Below, one piece after another: positions 58,763-64,000 of a DNA stretch of 64,000 nucleotides. The stretch comes from Ignavibacteria bacterium (lineage in GTDB: Bacteria > Bacteroidota > Ignavibacteria > Kapaibacteriales > UBA4661): contig JAAFIV010000010.1 of the NCBI GenBank assembly GCA_013298775.1, positions 69,049 through 133,048 of the forward strand, read 5' to 3'. Position numbers and translations under genes: made by a program. A model generated the notes under the pieces. It saw only the letters and a program-made list of their open reading frames with translations, searched no databases and was not told where the DNA came from. How positions within the stretch are numbered: the stretch's first letter is position 1; each line of letters starts with the position of its first letter.

Positions 58763-61700
58763 TTAAAAATTATACCCAAAACCAATCAGCAAACTCGGAC
58801 GGCTAAGACCCGTTTGCAAGTTTTGGAAGGCAAGGTCAATTTTTACGGGATATTGCCCCAACAAGTACGTGCGCACGCCGAAGCCGAAGGACATCAGCAC
58901 ATCACCATTTTCGTACCCTGCTGGATTACCAAACGCATCGAATTTCTGTGCTGCCAGTGCGAGGCGGAAAGGATTCGTCCAAGCAGAGCCAATATCCACA
59001 AAACCTACCGCCTGTAAGCCATTGATGATGTTACTCAGCAAATTACTTGAACCGTCTGGCTGCAACAGATTAAATCGTCCTTCAATGTTGGCAGAAAAGA
59101 AATTACGTCCGATGGCGGAAAAAAGCGGGAAGCCGCGCAAGGGCGACACTAAGTAGTTAAAATACAAATCTTCTGCGCGATTAAACGGTAAGTCCGTTGC
59201 AAAGGTGCGCCCCAAAATCAAGTTCTCCTGCCCACCAACAAAGAATTGCTGCGGGTTTGAGCCGATATTTGTGCCAATGGAAGCTCGTGCAGCAATCACG
59301 CCAACATTTTTGAGCGGAATATACTGGCGATAATCCGCGCTGCCCCGAACAAAGGTCAAGCCCGCAAAGCCAGGCACCGACTCAATTTTCGCTTGCATTT
59401 TCGAGCCATTCACCGAACCAAAAAAGCCTGTTTCAGAATTGTCCTGCACAAAACGCACTTCGGGAATCAGCACCAAATCAGAGCGATTGAACGTCCGAGC
59501 GAGGCTTGGGTCCAGGCTTTCACGCAAAGTATTGAACACGGACAACTTCCCTTCCAAACGCATTCCTGGCGCGAGCGGCATCATTACTTTACCTGTGCCG
59601 CCCCAGTAGGTGAGTCGTGCAATCAAAAACGAGCGTGTTTGGGAATCAAATAACGGCATCCTGCGCGAAGTGCGAAGCAGACTCACTTCATAATCCAAAA
59701 ATTCTGGCAAATAGCTGTACGAGAGAGCAATATCATTATTCTCAAGCTGAAAGAGTATGTTTGCATAGACTTGGAGGCGGTTATTGCCCATAATATCTTG
59801 CCAAATTGCCTGTCCCGACCCGCCAAAATTTCCAAGAAAAGACTGTATTTCCGCCGTTGGCTGCTGTCCAAAAAAGGTATCAAAGGTAGGAACGACATTG
59901 TAGGAATCAAACTCTAAATTGAACTGCAACGGCAAGGACGGTAATTTTCCGGGTTTGGTGTAATCATTTTGTTCGGCAACTAGCTCCTGTGCTACTTTGG
60001 CGGCAACATCAGGATTTTGCTCGACCATTTTTTGCTTGGAAAACTCAACATCGAATTTGCCATAACTTTTCGGCGTTTCGGTTTCTTGCGGCTGATTGGC
60101 AGGAGTAGCTTTTTTGCTCACACCCGCGACAATACTTGTGTCTGCGACATTTTCTGAAGATTGCCCCGACGGTAGCGAGCCTCCACCAGCAGCAGCATTC
60201 ACGCGCCCCAGAGCTTTTTCGGCAATCGCTTCCCGCTCCATTGCTTGCTTGCGGAGTTCTGTTGGCTCTGGCGTGGCACTTTTGCGGTCAAACGGTGTAT
60301 TGACGAGAAATAGCCCAGACGAACCCTTGCGAATGCTGGTAAATGCGAGGCGCGAAGCATCGCGCTGAAGTCCGACAGACTGTACACCTGTGGCAAAATT
60401 CGACTTCGGCGTGAGTGTCCGTGCGGCAATGTTCCATTCATACAAGTTCGCAATGCCGCTTCGGTCGGAAACGATGAGGAGTTTTTTACCGTCCGCGCTC
60501 AGACTGAGTGCGGTTTTGCGGGAATTTGCTTCGCTTGTAATACGCTCAATTTTTTTCGCGGGAAAGTTGTACGCATACACATCAAGCGAGCGGGAATCAT
60601 GCTCCCAGATGGAAAAGGTCGCGCTGGAGGTGTTTGTTGTGAGAATTCCTGCGCGGTCGGAAACGAAAAAGATATTTTTGCCGTCAGGCGACCACGTTGG
60701 CAGATTTTCGCTAAACACATCATTCGTCAAGCGGCTTGTTTTCTTGCTTGCGAGGTCGTACAGGTAAATATTCGGCAATTCATTTTCTACTGCCACAAAC
60801 GCCAGCGTTTTTCCATCAGGCGAAAACGCGAGCGAGCGAATGAGCTTGTAATTTAGCTCCAATCGCGTAACTGCGCCATTTTGCGGATTTACGAGCGAAA
60901 TACCATCCATGCCGCCACCTTGCGTGATGTAGGCAATTTGCGCAGCATCACCTTTCGCACCCGATTCTGGCTTCCACGAAAGTGAAAGCCCGTCGGAGCC
61001 AGTGTATTTCGTGTCCAGTGCCTCGCCCGTTGCAACGAGGCGCGTGATATTGTCCTGCCGCTTTGTACGCATATCCTGTACATAGATTGCCCACGCGCCA
61101 TCGCGGGCGGAAAGGTATGCCAAACGGTCGCCATTGGGCGAGAAGGCAGGTGCAGCAAGCGTTTGAGCAAACATTGGCGCACCGTCTTTGCTAGCATCGG
61201 CGAGGCGTTGAGCGGATTTTTCTATGTCGTCGTAGCGTCCAGCATTGGCGGTGTATTGCTGGCGTAATTCCCGCTTCCAAATCGTTGTAAAACCGTCCAC
61301 ATTTACGCCAAAGGTTGCCCGAAACGCGCCATCCACCGAGCCAATGCCTCGCGCACGGGTAATGAGTTCGGAAATTTTTCCCGCGCCATATTTCTCGGCA
61401 ATGTACGAAAACAGTGCTTGCCCCGCTTTCACACGCGCATAGCCTTCAAGCGCGGACAGGCTGGTAAATTGTTCATTCACAACCAAATCACGCATGAGCA
61501 TATCGGTTTCGGAATCAACCCCTTCGCGGCTGATATATTCCGCCAAGCCCTCATTAAACCACACGGGCAGGTCGAATTGCCCATTGATAGGCGAAGGTAA
61601 ATTCACGCCGTAGTAGAGCAGATTCACCATCGTAAGCGCGAGTTCGCGCCTGAGCGTAAGGCGAAACTCTTCCCAATCGCCCCGAAAAGCAGCAATCATG

Positions 61701-62125
61701 CGGTTTTTACGCAATTCATAAATGCCACCCACACCGCGCTCTATCAGTGCTTCCTGCGCGTTGGTTTGCTGCGCTTCATTGGGCGAATTGTACAGCATCA
61801 TCGGCAAACGCTCGTTCCACGCGAAACCGAGAATGCGCTGTGTGGTTTTCGCACCTTCTTCGAGTGCGACTCCTGCGTATTGTGCAAGGTAATCGCCGCC
61901 TTCGTGGTAGTAAATATCGAAGCTGCGAGATTGAACGTAATTCCACGTAAAGGTCTGATATTGCGGTTTAATTTTGCCAAACGAGGTAAGCTGTTGCGCC
62001 GCAACGCGCTCTGGCACAGAAGGCGCACACAACGCCAACGCACAGGCAAGAAGCATTCTTTTCAGAACGCTTGGAAATAGGCGTGTACGGCTTGTTTGCG
62101 ATGCTGCTCGCAGAAAGGTTTTCAT
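58763..62125 (-). CDS. large outer-membrane protein: N-terminal domain, TolB-like PD40 beta-propeller repeats, C-terminal Omp85/BamA-type beta-barrel
   Basis: Signal 'LLACALALCAPSV'. PD40-like 'LAFSPDGKTLAFVAVENELPNIYLYD...WSPDGKNIFFVSDRAG'. C-terminal barrel ends '...LIGFGYNF'. The ORF extends to 62194. Confidence 0.55.
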   Translation of the reverse strand: MKTFLRAASQTSRTRLFPSVLKRMLLACALALCAPSVPERVAAQQLTSFGKIKPQYQTFTWNYVQSRSFDIYYHEGGDYLAQYAGVALEEGAKTTQRILGFAWNERLPMMLYNSPNEAQQTNAQEALIERGVGGIYELRKNRMIAAFRGDWEEFRLTLRRELALTMVNLLYYGVNLPSPINGQFDLPVWFNEGLAEYISREGVDSETDMLMRDLVVNEQFTSLSALEGYARVKAGQALFSYIAEKYGAGKISELITRARGIGSVDGAFRATFGVNVDGFTTIWKRELRQQYTANAGRYDDIEKSAQRLADASKDGAPMFAQTLAAPAFSPNGDRLAYLSARDGAWAIYVQDMRTKRQDNITRLVATGEALDTKYTGSDGLSLSWKPESGAKGDAAQIAYITQGGGMDGISLVNPQNGAVTRLELNYKLIRSLAFSPDGKTLAFVAVENELPNIYLYDLASKKTSRLTNDVFSENLPTWSPDGKNIFFVSDRAGILTTNTSSATFSIWEHDSRSLDVYAYNFPAKKIERITSEANSRKTALSLSADGKKLLIVSDRSGIANLYEWNIAARTLTPKSNFATGVQSVGLQRDASRLAFTSIRKGSSGLFLVNTPFDRKSATPEPTELRKQAMEREAIAEKALGRVNAAAGGGSLPSGQSSENVADTSIVAGVSKKATPANQPQETETPKSYGKFDVEFSKQKMVEQNPDVAAKVAQELVAEQNDYTKPGKLPSLPLQFNLEFDSYNVVPTFDTFFGQQPTAEIQSFLGNFGGSGQAIWQDIMGNNRLQVYANILFQLENNDIALSYSYLPEFLDYEVSLLRTSRRMPLFDSQTRSFLIARLTYWGGTGKVMMPLAPGMRLEGKLSVFNTLRESLDPSLARTFNRSDLVLIPEVRFVQDNSETGFFGSVNGSKMQAKIESVPGFAGLTFVRGSADYRQYIPLKNVGVIAARASIGTNIGSNPQQFFVGGQENLILGRTFATDLPFNRAEDLYFNYLVSPLRGFPLFSAIGRNFFSANIEGRFNLLQPDGSSNLLSNIINGLQAVGFVDIGSAWTNPFRLALAAQKFDAFGNPAGYENGDVLMSFGFGVRTYLLGQYPVKIDLAFQNLQTGLSRPSLLIGFGYNF

Positions 62126-62371
62126 GGTCGTTGCAAAAATGGTGATTGCCAAAAAAGTACACATTGAACTAAAAAGTACACCAGAAATGGTCATAGCTAC
62201 AGAGCTTATTTCATAAAAATTGTTTCAAAAAGAAGAACGCATTTCGCGGGCGAAAGTTACACGTTTCACGGGCGGAAAGCAAAGGAATTGTGATGAATGG
62301 CAGGAGTGCGGCAAGGGAGTTCCCACTTGGGTTTGTATTGTTTCTTTTGAGACGAATGCAGGGCGCAAATA

Positions 62372-62401
62372 GTTTTATCACATCTAGTTTTATCACATCG
62401 G
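62372..62401. promoter_or_regulatory. tandem 15-bp direct repeat (tagttttatcacatc x2) in divergent promoter region
   Basis: Seen directly between the divergently transcribed large outer-membrane protein gene and the AraC gene. Confidence 0.4.
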
Positions 62402-62470
62402 GAAGTTTTGAACTTCGTTGTATATTTGCTCCGTATATTTGATTTTTACAACTCTCCACCACACACAACT

Positions 62471-63409
62471 ATGACTTCTTCCCTTACAACCGTTTCCGTC
62501 AAAGATTTTTACCGCGAAGTATTTGGCGAAAATTGCCACGACCTTGATACCATCTTGAACGACCAACAAATGAAGGATTTAGGGCATTTTAACGTCTTTA
62601 ATTTCAAGGATGTATGGAAAAATAAAACAACCACAATGCCGTACAGCCGCAAAGTGTATTACAAAATCAGCCTCATTCGCGGCAGAAACAACGTCGAATA
62701 TGCCGATAAAGTTGTTGAAATACAAGACTTTGGAATACTTTTCGCCACGCCGAAAGTTCCCTATCGCTATATTCCGCAAGGCGGCGAGCAGGGCGGTCAA
62801 TTCTGTATTTTCACCAAAGAATTTTTAGCGAAATCCAAAAGTGGTTTTCTGATTGATGACGTTCCCATTTTCCAGCCCAATACTGATTTTGTCTATCATC
62901 TGACCGAGCAGCAATTCAAAGAACTTGAAGGCATTTACGAAAAAATGCACACGGAAATAGCGTCGGATTACGCCTTCAAGTACGATTTGCTACGCACTTA
63001 CCTCATTGAACTCATTCATTGCGGACAAAAGCTCTCGCCCAATCCCACCAGTGCCGCCCCGCAGAACGCTTCCATGCGTATTTCCATGCTGTTTATCGAA
63101 TTGCTGGAACGCCAGTTTCCGATTGAATCTTCGCAGAACGTTCTGCAACTCACCACCGCTAAAGATTACGCCGCCGCGCTAAATATCCACGTCAATCATT
63201 TGAACAAGGTTCTGAGGGAAGTTACGGGCAAAACTACGAGCGAAATTATCGCCAGCCGCATCATACAGGAAGCAAAAATTTTGCTCAAACAAACCTCGTG
63301 GAATGTCTCCGAAATAGCGTACTGTCTGGGATTTGAGGAAATTGCCCATTTCTCTAACTTCTTCAAAAAGCAGATGAGTTACTCGCCGTTGTCGTTTCGG
63401 GAATTGTGA
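62471..63409 (+). CDS. AraC-family transcriptional regulator
   Basis: C-terminal dual HTH ('...SEIAYCLGFEEIAHFSNFFKKQMSYSPLSFRE'). Confidence 0.75.
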   Translation: MTSSLTTVSVKDFYREVFGENCHDLDTILNDQQMKDLGHFNVFNFKDVWKNKTTTMPYSRKVYYKISLIRGRNNVEYADKVVEIQDFGILFATPKVPYRYIPQGGEQGGQFCIFTKEFLAKSKSGFLIDDVPIFQPNTDFVYHLTEQQFKELEGIYEKMHTEIASDYAFKYDLLRTYLIELIHCGQKLSPNPTSAAPQNASMRISMLFIELLERQFPIESSQNVLQLTTAKDYAAALNIHVNHLNKVLREVTGKTTSEIIASRIIQEAKILLKQTSWNVSEIAYCLGFEEIAHFSNFFKKQMSYSPLSFREL

Positions 63410-63412
63410 TGA

Positions 63413-63530
63413 GGGAACGCGGATTTGAGGACTCAAGAGGACTTTTGAGGACTCAGGAGCAATGTTTGAGACCACTCCAGAGTCCTGACCAGTCCTCGAA
63501 AGTCCTCAAAATCCGCGTTCCCTGACGAAT
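63413..63530. repeat. about 110-nt imperfect palindrome built from GAGGACT heptad repeats (3 per arm)
   Basis: gggaacgcggatttgaggactcaagaggacttttgaggactcagg ... ccagagtcctgaccagtcctcgaaagtcctcaaaatccgcgttccc. Confidence 0.7.
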
Positions 63531-63673
63531 GCGCTGCATCATTACCAATATTTCTCATCATTATTTGAATTTTGCAAACAATTCACTGAATCTCGCAATA
63601 TCTCTTTTCCGCAATAGTGCCATTTTTGTAGCACAATTATTTTGTTCATTCAAACAACAAAGGACAAAGCACA

Positions 63674-64000
63674 ATGGCAACTCAAACACAAATCGCCCTT
63701 GTAACGGGCGGCAGTCGCGGTCTCGGAAAAGATATGGCTCTCAGTCTTGCTCAAAAAGGCTTCGATGTTATTCTCACCTATCACTCCAACGTAGCGGCTG
63801 CAAACGAGGTTGTAAGCGCGATTCAGCAAATTGGGCGCAAAGCAGTCGCGTTGCCCTTGAACGTCGCGGATTCGGCAAGCTATTCCTCATTTTTCCAACA
63901 CGTCCAAGATTCCTTGAAAAAAGTCTTTTCGGCTGACAAGTTTGATTTCATCATCAATAACGCTGGAACGGGCTTGTACAGCGCGTTTACGGACACCACC
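63674..64000 (+). CDS. SDR-family short-chain dehydrogenase/reductase (5' partial, runs off window)
   Basis: 'IALVTGGSRGLGKDMAL' is a TGxxxGxG Rossmann motif. 'NNAG' follows later. Confidence 0.8.
   Translation, partial: MATQTQIALVTGGSRGLGKDMALSLAQKGFDVILTYHSNVAAANEVVSAIQQIGRKAVALPLNVADSASYSSFFQHVQDSLKKVFSADKFDFIINNAGTGLYSAFTDTT

Overview
64 kb window that is coding-dense and rich in accessory genes. Gene content (SusC/SusD pairs, a T9SS-type C-terminal sorting signal, DUF4249, an ECF sigma/FecR/TonB transducer set, Uma2 and Rpn/DUF4351 nucleases) points to the Bacteroidota/Chlorobi/Ignavibacteria (FCB) group. GC is roughly 50%.

Main blocks, in order:
- AlkA-like glycosylase with two membrane proteins.
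- LytS-like histidine kinase with a LytTR regulator.
- Methyl-accepting chemotaxis protein (MCP) with a multi-TM sensor.
- Crp/Fnr regulator, YHS-like secreted protein and a CXXCH lipoprotein.
- A 1951-aa IPT/TIG-repeat adhesin with a T9SS tail.
- AraC regulator, an Omp85-like protein and a YfiR-like protein.
- YafY (WYL) regulator and a MATE pump.
- A RelE/ParE toxin-antitoxin pair whose toxin is frameshifted by an 11-bp tandem duplication.
- ECF sigma, FecR, TonB transducer and DUF4249.
- An OmpA protein with about 13 thrombospondin-3 repeats.
- Two SusC/SusD loci separated by a coiled-coil PD-(D/E)XK-like gene.
- Two tandem Uma2 nucleases, NhaA and tRNA-Leu(CAA).
- RodZ-like protein and a heparinase II/III-like protein.
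- Two tandem paralogous HsdR-N-like nuclease genes.
- An operon-like cluster of queD/PTPS, folE (with a His-rich N-terminal extension), rnhB and an AlkZ/YcaQ-like glycosylase.
- An Rpn/DUF4351 nuclease, a large PD40 plus beta-barrel outer-membrane protein, AraC and a partial SDR.

Non-coding DNA is the most striking part. At least three families of MITE-like palindromic repeats sit in intergenic regions with recognisable terminal inverted repeats and target-site duplications: a GGGAGAGGG-hairpin core in four copies, a CAGGGCTGTTAAG-TIR family, and a CTGGTCAGGTCTTCCCGTC-TIR family. One copy lies between the sigma and anti-sigma genes. There is also a 110-nt palindrome built from GAGGACT heptads and a repeated identical terminator hairpin.

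No CRISPR array, rRNA or obvious prophage is present. The window has an unusual density of stand-alone PD-(D/E)XK 'selfish nuclease' families: Uma2 x2, HsdR-N-like x2, Rpn, and the coiled-coil nuclease-like gene.
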